Shown here: piece by piece, positions 24,643-36,230 of the stretch | Numbering within the stretch: the stretch's first letter is position 1 | Layout of the letters: every line of letters begins with the position of its first letter | NCBI GenBank assembly: GCA_964016885.1 | Contig: OZ024743.1 | Coordinates: 193,564,001-193,628,000 of the forward strand | From: Eledone cirrhosa | Lineage: Eukaryota | Direction: 5' to 3' | DNA: 64,000 nucleotides | The notes under the pieces: generated by a model | The model's database searches: none | The model's input: only the letters and a program-made list of their open reading frames with translations | Told to the model about the DNA's origin: nothing | Translations under genes and position numbers: made by a program

Positions 24643-25495
24643 TTCTCTCTAAAAATGAAAGGCAGATTGTATGATGCTTGTATACGAACAGCAATGCTAC
24701 ATGGCAGTGAGACTTGGGCATTGCGTGCAGAGGACCTGCGTAGACTGGAAAGGAATGAAGCATGCATGCTCCGTTGGATGTGTAATAGTAATATACGTGA
24801 ACGGCAAAGCATAAATGAACTAAGTGAGAAATTAGGAATAAGAGGGATCAGATGCTGTTTACTCGAGAGAAGATTACGTTGGTATGGTATGGCCACGTGA
24901 TGTGCACGAAAGATGACAGCTGTATAAAAAAGTGCAGGGTGATCAAAATTGATGGTAGTTACGGAGTAGGTAGACCCAGAAAAACCTGGGACGATCTGAT
25001 AAATTCCGACCTTACACACTTGCACCTCTCTAAGACAATGTTACTGGACCGAGATCTTTGGCGCTACGCAGTAATACAAAAGACCCGCCTTGCAAATCCT
25101 ACAGTCAGTAGGCACCTCTTAACCAAATATACACCCCAATCCACTACCCCTACTCTATCCTCCCACTCCCACCAACCTCTCTCTGTAAAGTTGGTACTAC
25201 AACATCCAGTCCAAATAAATGAGATAAATGAGATCGAGATCGTGTAGGTGTCACGAGAAAAAACCACAGTCCACGCTGTAATGTGGTCGTGTAGGTAACA
25301 CGGTAAAAAGTTCCCAGTTCCACACTGTAAATGTGGTTGGTGTTAGGAAGGGCATCCAGCCGTAGAAAACCTGCCAGATAGTCCTATATGAGCGAGACAC
25401 GGTCACCCGACCAACCTTGCCTCAAGTGGGACAACTCCCATCTAACCCATGCTAGCGTGGAAAGTGGACGTTAAACGAGGATGATGATGATGATA
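24643..25495 (+). mobile_element. RTE LINE 3' fragment with complete 3'UTR and (GAT)n tail
   Basis: MKGRLYDAC...GRPRKTWDDL...QKTR, followed by 3'UTR and terminal hairpin; flanked by (TA)n. Confidence 0.92.
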
Positions 25496-25605
25496 TATAT
25501 ATATATATGTGTGTGTGGTTGTATATGTGTGTATATATATATATATATAAAATAATTAAGTTAAATATGTAAAATTTGGTTTTGTTTATTATAAATTATA
25601 GATAT

Positions 25606-25660
25606 ACTGCTATATATATTTCGGTGACAGCCATCATTGATTGTGACCTCTTCAGGCAGT
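25606..25660 (-). ncRNA. Type I hammerhead ribozyme motif (minimal, Penelope-like type)
   Basis: Minus strand reads ACUGC-CUGAAGA-GGUCACAAUCAAUGAUGGCUGUCACC-GAAA-UAUAUA-UA-GCAGU: 5-bp stem I, intact core, G-C-closed stem II, palindromic stem III loop. Confidence 0.7.
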
Positions 25661-26266
25661 CAGAATTGTTTTATATTACTCCAGAGTAAACTAACCAACC
25701 TGCGTACTTCGTCGGTAAACAACCAACATATAGTCAAAATTTATATATATATATATATAAAAATATATATATATATACACACACATACATAAATACATAT
25801 ACATTCCCAAAGGAATTCATGTAGTTTTACATAGCCCATTGCTTAACAGTTTATAATAAATAAAAACATTCAATTATCTAAAATGAGATGATCTTTCAAT
25901 AAAATTCATAAAATGTTCATTTGTACAGTGAAATATTAATGATTCAATTAAAATCTTTAATATATCTTATCTAGAAATAACTGCTGTCACCTCGCATTAA
26001 GCAAAGATTCAGGATTAAGCTATTTCTACAATTTTTTCTTTTGACATTAAGGATTTAGGAAAAGACAATTTGGAATCTGATGATTGTTAAAGACAGTTTT
26101 AAACAAAATAATTTGGCTATTAAAACCCATCAAGATTCTAATACAAATAATTATAAAAGTAATTTAATAAAAATATAGTATTCTCACAGGAAGTAGTAGG
26201 GGGAGAAAATCTGAATAAATCCAATATAAAATAGCCATAAGTTCCAGACCTCCTTTATATATATAT

Positions 26267-28069
26267 ATATTGTCGGGGAGAAGTGTGTACTTAATGATGA
26301 CGGCGTACTTGCCATCACCGACGCTGATAAGAACGTAGCTTGGAAGTGTCACTATGAAAGGCTACTAAATGAGGAGAATAAATGGGAGAAAGACAGTCTC
26401 CCCCACATCGACCCAATAGAGGGACCAGCAGTGTTAGTCGAGGGTAGTATAATAAGTAAGGCAATCAAAGATATGAAGACGGGTAAGGCGGCTGGGCCTT
26501 CGGAAATAGTTGCCGAGATGTTGAAGGCATCTGGTACGGTGGGACACACCATGGTCACCCGGATAGTTAACCAAGTTGTACAGAATGGGGTTGTTCCGAA
26601 GGACTGGTGTAGCAGCATCATCGTTAACTGTTATAAGGGTAAAGGAGATGCCCTAGATAGGAGTAACTATAGAGGCATTAAATTAATCGACCAGGTCATG
26701 AAGGTCACGGAAAAAGTAATAGCGCAACTAATCAGAGAGAGAATTGATCTAGATGAAATGCAGTTCGGGTTTGTGTCAGGCAAAAGTACCACAGACGCTC
26801 TTTTCATTGTACGACAACTACAGGAGAAGTACCTAGCTAAAAGTAAACCCTTATACTTAGCTTTTGTCGACTTGGAGAAAGCCTTCGACAGAGTCCCCCG
26901 TTCCATTATCTGGTGGGCTCTTAGAAAACTAGGTGTTGACGAATGGCTTGTGAGAGCTATACAAGCCATGTATAAAGAAACAGTCAGCAAGGTTAGAATT
27001 AACAACGAATATAGTGAAGAGTTTAGCGTAAAAGTTGGCGTCCATCAGGGCTCTGTTCTCAGCCCCCTACTATTTATTATTGCCCTTAAGGCTACAACAG
27101 AGGAGTTCAAGACCGGTTGCCCATGGGAACTCCTATACGCAGATGACCTAACACTCATAGCTGAATCAATGACCGAGCTAGAGAAGAAATTCCAAACATG
27201 GAAGCACGGCCTAGAATCAAAAGGCCTTAAAATTAACCTGGCTAAGACTAAAGTTCTAGTTTGTAAGAAAGAAAATAAGGCGGCGGTCCCTTCCGGGAAG
27301 TGGCCATGCTCAGTGTGTAGGAAAGGCGTAGGTAGAAACTCCATTTTGTGTCCCAAATGCAAAGTATGGGTGCATAAAAGATGTAGTGGGATCACAGGTA
27401 AGCTAACTAAGAATATAGATTTTACATGTGGCCGGTGCTCTGGTGCAATAAGTAGCAGCAAGTGCCCACAAAATACTAGCTCTTTCAACTGCGCAGAGGG
27501 TTCTATAGAAATAGTGGACAGCTTCCATTACCTGGGTGACAAAATCAGCAGTGGGGGAGGGTGCTCTGAAAGTACAGTAGCTAGAGTCAGAACTGGATGG
27601 AAAAAGTTCAGAGAGCTTATACCACTATTAGCCGCTAAAGGGTTCTCCCTAAAAATGAAAGGCAGGTTGTATGATGCCTGCATACGAACAGCAATGTTGC
27701 ATGGCAGTGAGACCTGGGCATTGTGTGCAGAGGATATATGCAGACTAGAGAGGAACGAAGCTTGCATGCTCCGCTGGATGTGTAATAGTAATATACATGA
27801 ACGGCAAAGCATAAACGAACTAAGGAACAAATTAGAAATAAGAGGGATCAGATGTTGTTTACTCAAGAGAAGGCTACGTTGGTATGGTCACGTGATGCGC
27901 ATGAAGGACGATAGCTGTATAACAAAGTGCAGGGCAATAAAGATAGATTGTAGCCATGGAATAGGCAGACCCAGAAAAACCTGGGACGAGCTGATAAATT
28001 CCGACCTCACACACTTACACCTCTCCAAGACAATGTCACTGGACCGAGACCTTTGGGCGGTACTCAGTA
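26267..28069 (+). mobile_element. RTE LINE, subfamily A, truncated at both ends, uninterrupted RT reading frame
   Basis: ORF 26431-28095 (554 aa) with full RT, PHD-type finger and C-terminal domain; near-identical to the reverse complement of about 3990-5790. Confidence 0.95.
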
Positions 28070-28129
28070 CTTACATCAAGCTTATCTCATCTTAACAATG
28101 AAAATAGTGAAGTACTACACTGTAACCTC

Positions 28130-28440
28130 ATCATCATCATCATCATTTTACATCCGCTTTTCCCTGCTTATCTAGTTCACCCTGTAAGGTGGTTGCGCTG
28201 GTGACTCGAGAAAAAAAGCACAGTCCACCCGTTTAGATGGTTCTTTTGATGACATGATAAAAAAAAAACACTGATCCACACTGTAACGTATTTGGTATTA
28301 AGAATGGCATCCAGCCATAGAAACCAAGCCAAACTACACATCTGTATAAGCAAGACGTAATCACCTGACCTGAGTTGACTCATAATGTGACAACCATGCA
28401 AGCATCGAAAAATAGATATTAAACGATGATGATGATGATA
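28130..28440. mobile_element. RTE/SINE tail relics (short minus-strand tail, then a plus-strand 3'UTR relic)
   Basis: CATCATTTTACATCCGCTTTTCCCTGCTT, then GGCATCCAGCCATAGAAA...CCATGCAAGCATCG...(GAT)n. Confidence 0.65.
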
Positions 28441-30117
28441 TATATATATATACATACACACACACATATATGTATATACATACATATATATATATGTGTG
28501 TGTGTGCATATAAATATCAAAAAGGTTAAAGGCCTATTTAGGTAAAATACATTTCGTGTATGCACATTGCTTGGTATGCTGAGATGGGGGTGACAGTCAG
28601 GTTTCTGAAGTTAGTTAAATTATTTAATATCTCCGAACTCTTGAGTATTTTCAAAAATTACTTGAAAATCATAGGCAGTGTATTTTATTAGGAAGAGTTA
28701 ATGGCTCATGCAACATATTCCTTGGTATTTCATATTTTAAAGATTATTAAGACACTGTACAAGAGAAAACAATTGCCATTTAAAACTTTCTACTAAAAAC
28801 AAAAAGAAAAGTAATCAATTTAACAATTACTTTTCCAAGTTGAAATTTCTATATAATATTTATATTTATCTATATCTTGATATTTATATTTGTTTATATC
28901 TTAAAACAGTTTTCTTCCTACGTATAACCGATTTTCTTTTTCTTGTCTTGTAATATATAATATCATTTGCTTCTAAGACTATTAATATCTACATTAGATC
29001 AGCCATTGTATATTTTTAACAGCTACATATGTTCCATAGAAGTATTATTATTTTAAAGATTAAAAATCTTATTATACAAATACAATAATATAGATATATG
29101 ACACCTACTAAGTATTATTTCTTTTATTTTTCCAGATTGTATTTGTAATTGAAAATGCTAAAGATCTCTGAAATAGTTATACTATTAATAAGTTGTAACA
29201 ACAACAACAACAAGAAATTCTCAATAATTTTTCAAAATATTTCAAGTTTGTTATCAAGAATGAGGAATATTAGGAAGCTAGATTAAAGTCTTCTACTTCA
29301 CAACACAGAGGAATCAATAAATAATTGGAGTGAGTGATGAAGCTGGAAGCAGTAAATTATATATTGCAAGAAGAAGAAGACAAAGAAGAAGAAACAGAAA
29401 CAAACACCCACAAAAAAAGTAACTATATTAGGAATACCAGAAGAGAGAAGTAAGTCATACCAAAACCATTGAAGAAAGCATTGTAAATAAGTAGAAAAAA
29501 TCCGAAGCTATAAGCTAATCTGTGAATGAGAAACTTTCTATAAGTAGTTCACTCAAGAAAATTACTAGAAATATTTCTGGTTATCAATTTTCATTCATGA
29601 CATTGATTACAACATAGAAAAAAGAAAATATACAATAAAATGAATGCAAAAAAAAAAAAAAAAGAAAAATTCTAATTTCAACAAAAGTATATTTATTTTA
29701 CATTAGATATTTTAGCTAGCCAGCCATAGAATGTACATAATATATTGCAAACATTTCTTGAATAGTGAAATACTGTGTTCAAGATGAATTGTAAAATTGA
29801 CTGAATATTCTCTTTTAATGGAAAATTGAAAACGAAAGGAAGAAGAAAAAACACAAGAGTGTTTTAGTTTCAATAATAAATTAAGACTGAAAGTTAAGAT
29901 AATAGCATGAAGCTTTTTTCAGTTTTATGTTGATGTTACTATAAACAACCATCTACTTTCTAACAGGCAATATAGTTTTACAAGACCAAGTGTTTGGACA
30001 GACAATGGTATCATAATGAAGTTAAATAAATAGCTATTATCTTTTTTATATATATTTATATATATATATTTTTTAAAATTATTTTATGGTTTGTGCCTGT
30101 TTTGAACAACAACAACA

Positions 30118-30840
30118 ATAATAATAATAATTGTTTCTACTTTTGGCACAAGGCCAGTAATTACCCAGTGTATTACTGGTACTTTATTTTATCGACCCCG
30201 TAAGGATGAAAGGCAAAGTTAACCTCGGTGGGATAATTGTTTCTACTTTTGGCACAAGGCCAGCAATTATCCCAGTGTATTACTGGTACTTTATTTTATC
30301 GACCCCGTAAGGATGAAAGGCAAAGTTAACCTCAGCGGGATTTGAACTCAGACCGTAAAGCGCCATAACTTTATGCTGCAAAGCAGGGTGTCTGACACTC
30401 TACTGATACTTCCAAAATAATAATAATAATGATAATAATGATTAGGCCAGTAATTTGGTTGAAGGAGAACGTCAATTAAATCGACCCCAGTGTATTACTG
30501 GTGCTTTATTTTATCAACCCCGTAAGGATGAAAGGCAAAACTAACCTTGGTGGGATTTGAACACAGAACATAAAGGCCCGTAACTCTATGCCACGAAGCA
30601 TGTTGTCCGATGCTCTACCGATACTGCCAAAATACTACTAATAATAATAATTGTTTCTACTTTAGGCACAAGGCCAGCAATTATCCAGTGCATTACTGGT
30701 ACTTTATTTTATCGACCCCGTAAGGATGAAAGGCAAAGTCAACCTCGGCGGGATTTGAACTCAGATCGTAAAGGGACGTAACTATGCTGGGAAGCATGGC
30801 GTCAAACCCTCTACCGATACTGCCAATCCACCGCCCGATA
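30118..30840 (-). mobile_element. Head-to-tail array of four SINE S2 copies
   Basis: Four successive ACTGGT(A/G)CTTTATTTTATC(G/A)ACCCCGTAAGGATGAAAGGCAAA units, mostly separated by (AAT)n. Confidence 0.9.
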
Positions 30841-31875
30841 ATAATAATAATAATAATGCTTTCTTTATTAACCACAAGGGTTTAGACAAAGTAGACATTA
30901 AGGACAGTACAGGACAATACAGGACGGTACAAATGGGCATTTCTGCATGTAAAAAAAACAAAAAACAGAGGATGTAATAAAAGAATAATGAAAAATTCCC
31001 CAATAGGGGCGAGACTTCCGAGGGCCATCGTGGAGAAAGCCCATTAAAAAAATCCACGGTGACCCTGACCACTCTCCCAGTTTTCCACCTTCAATTTACA
31101 GGCATATACTCAGAGTAGGTCCATTCACTCGGGCCATTCTTGCCTCTCTCACCCATCTTTCAACAAAAAGCTGATTTTCCTTTTCAAATGAAATTTGAAA
31201 AAGTCAATTAGGGCATCACCAAAGAGGTAAGTGCTCATCTTTAGCCCTTTCAGACGCGTTCCCCATACTATCTCTTTCGCCATGGCCACCAGACAGATAA
31301 AAACTGGCCTGCCCTTCCCAGCTAAAGGAAGAGGGCGGGGCAATCCTCACGATGGACTCAGCTGATAGTCGGATCCGTTCTACACGTGACAGCAGGTGTT
31401 CGACATAAACCCACAAGTCAGCAATGCTCGGACACTGGACGAGTGCATGCAGGACGGTTTCGTCGCCCTGCGTGCATCTCGGATAAGCCCAGCTAACGGC
31501 ACCTCCATGCCTGTAGAGTTTATCCCGAACTGGCAAAGCTCCTCGGTAGAACTGCCAGGCCAGGGATTTCTGGAAGTTATCCATAGGCCCTGGCCTGAAA
31601 GTTCTTCCAAAGAGATTGGCTAGTTGATTTTCATCGACGCCTAGAGTTTCTCCAAGTATGTCGTCGCTCTTCCCCTCCACTAATTCTCTATAGAACGCCA
31701 AGGTGGAGTTTTCACCGATCACATTGCCCGATTGGTCGAGGGCTGTGAGCGCCTGAAGACATTCCAGTCTCCAAGCGCTCCCTCTCAGTCTTCGCTTGAC
31801 CCAGGACTGCAGCTCCGTCAACGAGACCAGCTGGGGAAAGACGCGTCTAGCAAACGCCGACCACACCTGATCACA
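30841..31875 (-). mobile_element. L1/Tx1-clade LINE 3' fragment (zf-RVT C-terminal domain, 3'UTR, polyA signal, (ATT)n tail)
   Basis: ORF 31216-31866 contains AWQFYRGALPVRDKL...YPRCTQGDETVLHALVQCP (CCHC-type, first Cys mutated); minus strand ends AATAAAGAAAGC(ATT)n. Confidence 0.82.
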
Positions 31876-32075
31876 TAATAATAATAATTGTTTCTACTTT
31901 TGGCACAAGGCCAGCAATTATCCCAGTGCATTACTGGTACTTTATTTATCAACCCCATAAGGATGAAAGGCAAAATTAACCTCAGCGGGATTTGAACTCA
32001 GAATGGCAAAGGCCGTAACTCCATGCGTCAAAGCATGCCGTCTGACCCTCTACCGATACTGCCAATCCACCACCC
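31876..32075 (-). mobile_element. SINE S2
   Basis: Full match to the S2 consensus. Confidence 0.87.
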
Positions 32076-32099
32076 TTATAATAATCACAATAACAATCT

Positions 32100-32405
32100 C
32101 CTCAATATGGTGTATACATTTAGTGCTCTCGATATAGAGAATACAGTGCTGACATCAGAATGGAGTTTGAATAAAAAAAGCATTGAGGAGATGGTGCTGC
32201 CATCAGGGAAGGTTTTGAAGCAAATAGAAGAGGAAGGTTATAAGTACTTAGAGATATTGGAAGTTGATAAGATAATGCAGGAGGAAATGAAATAAAATTT
32301 AAGGTGAAATACATGGACAGCCTGAGACTTATTCTCAAGTCGAAACTGAATGGACGGAATAAGATGGAAGCTATCAATTCATGGGCAGTATCACTCCTTA
32401 TATAC
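32100..32405 (+). mobile_element. R4/Dong-like non-LTR RT relic
   Basis: EEEGYKYLEILEVDKIMQEEMK and, after a frameshift, LRLILKSKLNGRNKMEAINSWAVSLL, resembling the post-RT region of R4-clade elements. Confidence 0.65.
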
Positions 32406-32409
32406 ATGT

Positions 32410-32562
32410 CTTCTACAGTTTCTGTCAACTAAATTCCAATCACATGGCATTAGTCAACCCAAAGGTAAAGTATACACTTACACAAGGTGCCATACAATAG
32501 AAATGAACCTGAAACCATGTGGATGTGATACAAACCCCTTAAACACACAGCCATGCCTGTGC
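32410..32562 (-). mobile_element. Decayed SINE S3
   Basis: AAATTCCA..CAC...CACTT..ACAAGGTGCCA...ACACAGCCATGCCTG. Confidence 0.6.
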
Positions 32563-32924
32563 CTTTTATTTTAATATCTACTTCAAGTCTCTCCCAAGGG
32601 AATACTAAATCTTCAAAACTGCCTTTGGCTTATTAATTCTAATTATTTAAAACAATACTTTTATTCAAGTCTACTTAGATTAGAATGTGTGGATTTAGTA
32701 TATGATATTCCTGTGTGCCATAAGATATATATATACTAATTCAAATATCACAACATATGTAATATGTATGATGATTATTTTTCTCAGTAGAAAAACTCAA
32801 TGGACATTTGCCAGAGCATCAATAAATGAGCTTTATATTTCTCAAACGATATATGGCTCTGTTTCTCTCTATATAAATACATATATCTTTTAATTTGAAT
32901 TATATATATAAATATATATATATA

Positions 32925-33160
32925 TCATCATCATCATTTTATGCCCACTTTTCCCTGCTTGCAAGGGTGGGACGGGAACTGATTCTGACTTGATTTCTAC
33001 AGCTGAATGCCCTTTCTCTCACCAACCTCATTTACAGTGAGTGCTGGGTGCTTTTTTTTTGCCGTGCTACCTCCACGACCACTTTGCAGTGGAATGATAT
33101 GGACCCCAGTCCCTATCATCTCATTTCTACAGCTGAGTAAACTGGAGCAATGTGAAATAA
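32925..33160 (-). mobile_element. SINE S1, 5'-truncated
   Basis: Reverse complement of the S1 body and tail. Confidence 0.88.
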
Positions 33161-33374
33161 ATAAATATATATATATACACATACATATATATTACTCATC
33201 TTTTTCTGTTTTAGAGGGTTTTAAACCCCACTATCTCGAGGTAACTTAATTAAGTCAAAACACGGTGAAAGCTTCAATTTACTAATATCATCATTATCAT
33301 CATCATCATTTTATGTCCGCTTTTCCCTGCTTGCAAGGGTGGGACGATATATATATATATATATGGTGGGTTTT

Positions 33375-33530
33375 GTACTGCTTCTCTCTAACAATTTCAT
33401 ACACAATGCATTTGCTAGCCCAAGGCTAAAAAATAGAAGACACATGCCCAATGTGTCACACAGTGTGATAGAACTTCAAACCCACAAAGTTGTCAAACAA
33501 ACCTGTTAACCACACAGCCATTGCATGTGC
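33375..33530 (-). mobile_element. Decayed SINE S3
   Basis: GGCTA...AGAAGACACATGCCCAA...CACAGTG...ACCACACAGCCA. Confidence 0.6.
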
Positions 33531-34319
33531 CTAGCCTTATGTTCTTTTTATTGTGTCTGTTTCTTGGCAGGATATATTATCATCTTTCCTTCCTCAGTTT
33601 ACCCAGTTTTGTTGGAAATAGACTTGTGGTGGGGAAATTACCTACAATAGTCTGGTTTCCTATTCAAGGAGATATTTGTCTCTCATTTGTTGAATGTTAC
33701 ACAAAACAAGAGGAAGAACTATTTCAATGGAACACTGAGGTTCAGGAGACATTAATTTTTCTATTTTCTTTTAATATGTATTCAAACTAAGCAGTCACAA
33801 GAAGCCGAAGAACACTATTTGTCCATTATCATTCTCACTCGTGCTATTAAGATGATTCTGAAATGAAATCTAAAGCTTTTAATATTCACCAATATTCGGA
33901 TATTCCTGCACATTGTGATATGGATGAGGACAGAAGGAAATGGTATCAGTTAAAAAAAAAAAAAAAACTACAAAAAAAAAACAACAAAAAAAAAAAACTA
34001 AAAACAAACAAAAGAGAATTCATTTTGTTCTGCCATAGAAGCTGTTTTAAACATAGAATTTAAATATGAATTAGAGTTAGTATAGTATTTCGTTTACATA
34101 TTATATCACTGGGTGTAATTTTATGGGGTATTTTAGTATTGGAGGGTACTAAATATTTCTGGAGACTAGAACACGTTTTTCATTGGACGAGAGGAGAAAA
34201 AGAAGTGGAGGAAAGGAGGGAGAGGATGAAGAGAGATAGAAGTTTGGGAGGGGAGGGGGTGATAGACAAAAAAGGGGAGAATTTAGGAGGGGACACACAC
34301 ACACAAACATATATATTAT

Positions 34320-34545
34320 AATGAATCAGGACCCGACAGCTGAGCTCTAACCATTTCAACAGCTAATTCCAGACTGGAACTAACTCTCTCTCTCTCTGGT
34401 TACACTGTAAAGAGTCAGGATCTGATGGCTGAGCTGTTGCTATTTCAACAGCTAATTCCAGACTAGAACTAGCTGTTGAAACAGTATTGAGTAATCTGGT
34501 CAGTAATGGTCTAACCAGTTTCAAACTGAATCCATCCTGATTTAT
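34320..34545. repeat. Family P-related fold-back element with internal duplication
   Basis: GACAGCTGAGCTC..CCATTTCAACAGCTA present twice, plus TAGCTGTTGAAA inverted arm. Confidence 0.5.
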
Positions 34546-35199
34546 ATATGTATATATATATATATATATATATAGGAGATATAGAGAGGGGGAGAGCGGA
34601 AGGAAGGAAGGAGTAAGAGGAAGGAAAAATTAATGTGGTGAGATACAGAGAAGAGAGAGAAGAGAGCGGAGGGGGGGGGGGGGGGGGGCGGCGAAAAAGT
34701 GAAAGAGAGAGAGAGAGAAAGAGAGGGAGAGAGCGAGGGAATGAGAGCATTATTAGCTGCTATTATATTGGAAACCACTTGAAATACCAATATATCAATC
34801 AATATGAAATACAGTTGACAAGCAGGGTATCAGAACTCTTTGATATAAGAATACATGCCACTATTTTAAAGTTTATTTCTTAAAAAGAAAGAAAAAAAGA
34901 AGAAAAGAAACCTATTTTGTTCCTGTAACTGAAGTGGAGAAAAAAACAGATTAAAAAAAAAAACCTAGTTTATATGGAAGCTGTGATTAATTTATATTGG
35001 TTGGGAGAAAATAATTTTGAGAGTTGTAAAAGAAATAGGTTTGACAGCTGGTTTAAGATAATTCAATACTAATACAGATAAAGTGAGACTACAATAGTTA
35101 TATTGGTAAAGTAGGAGTACTACATCATCATCATCATCATCATAATAATCATCGTCATTATCACCATCATTGTCATTGTCATCATCTTCCATTCATCAT

Positions 35200-35540
35200 T
35201 ATCGTTGACATCACCATTTAACATCTATTTTCCATGCTTGCATGGGTTAGAAAGGCTGTCATGTTATGAGTCCAGACAGGTAAGTGGACCCTACATCTTG
35301 CTCATTTTGGGGCTTGGTTTTCTATGGCTGGATGTCCTTCCTAATGGAAACCATCTTTTTGTGTGTACTGGGAGCTTTTCAGGTGGCACTAGCACTCCCA
35401 CTTTATAGTGTGGACTGATGCTTTTTGTTATGAAACTGGCAGTGTCACTTCACACAGTGACTGGATACTTTTTGTCATGGCACCAGTATGACTACCTTAC
35501 ATGGTGGCCTGGGTGATTTTATAAGGACACCAGCACTAAA
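35200..35540 (-). mobile_element. Old RTE 3'UTR / SINE relic with about four 45-bp repeats
   Basis: TTCCATGCTTGCATGGG hairpin, TTTCTATGGCTGGATGTCCTTCCTAA, repeated ACTGG...TTTTTGT..TGGCACCAG units. Confidence 0.6.
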
Positions 35541-35865
35541 GAAGTTGTCATATGATTGTCTGTGTACATTAATTCAACCAAGTACCAAGAACAGGTAGGT
35601 GTTGTGGTTATTGTTGCTGTTGTTGAAGTTTTGCCCCAGGTCAGACCTGATTAAGCAGCTATATGAAAAGCATCTGAGTCATCACCCTTCCAATGTCTTA
35701 TCATCATCATCGACTAACGTCTATCTTCCACACTAGCATGGGTTAGATTGTCTTACTGTTATATATTAAGAGAAAGTAATTTAACACCTAAATACAAGAA
35801 AGTATTTTTGTTTGATGCAATTACATTCAGAAACATATGCAAATAAACATATGTGTATGTGTATC

Positions 35866-36230
35866 ACCATCATCATCACCGTTTAATGTCCATTTTCCCT
35901 TGCTAGCATGGGTTAGACGAGTTCTCCTGTTGTGACAAATGCCAGGTTAGGTGACCATGTCTTGCTCATTCAGAACTGATTTTGGCTTGAATTTTATGGC
36001 TGAATGCCCTTCCTAATGCCAACCACATTTATAGTGAGTACTGGGTGCTTTTTGTCATGACACCTACATGACCACTTTACAGTGTAGGCTGGGGGCTTCA
36101 ATTGATGTATGCTTCAACCTGTCCTCATAGGAGATGTATGGAAGAGTGGGATGGGGTTGAGGTGAGGGTGCACCCTATATGCATGCTTCAGCTTCAGCTT
36201 GTGCTCATGGGAAGATGGGTCTTCTGTATT
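35866..36230 (-). mobile_element. RTE subfamily B-type 3'UTR, older copy
   Basis: Reverse complement aligns with 8838-9170, from AATACAGAAGAC to the tail. Confidence 0.8.

Noticed and set aside
26431-28095. 554-aa RT ORF as an active or domesticated gene
   Set aside because: It lacks the endonuclease and 3' end and is near-identical to a frameshifted copy; the intact frame is best explained by recent insertion
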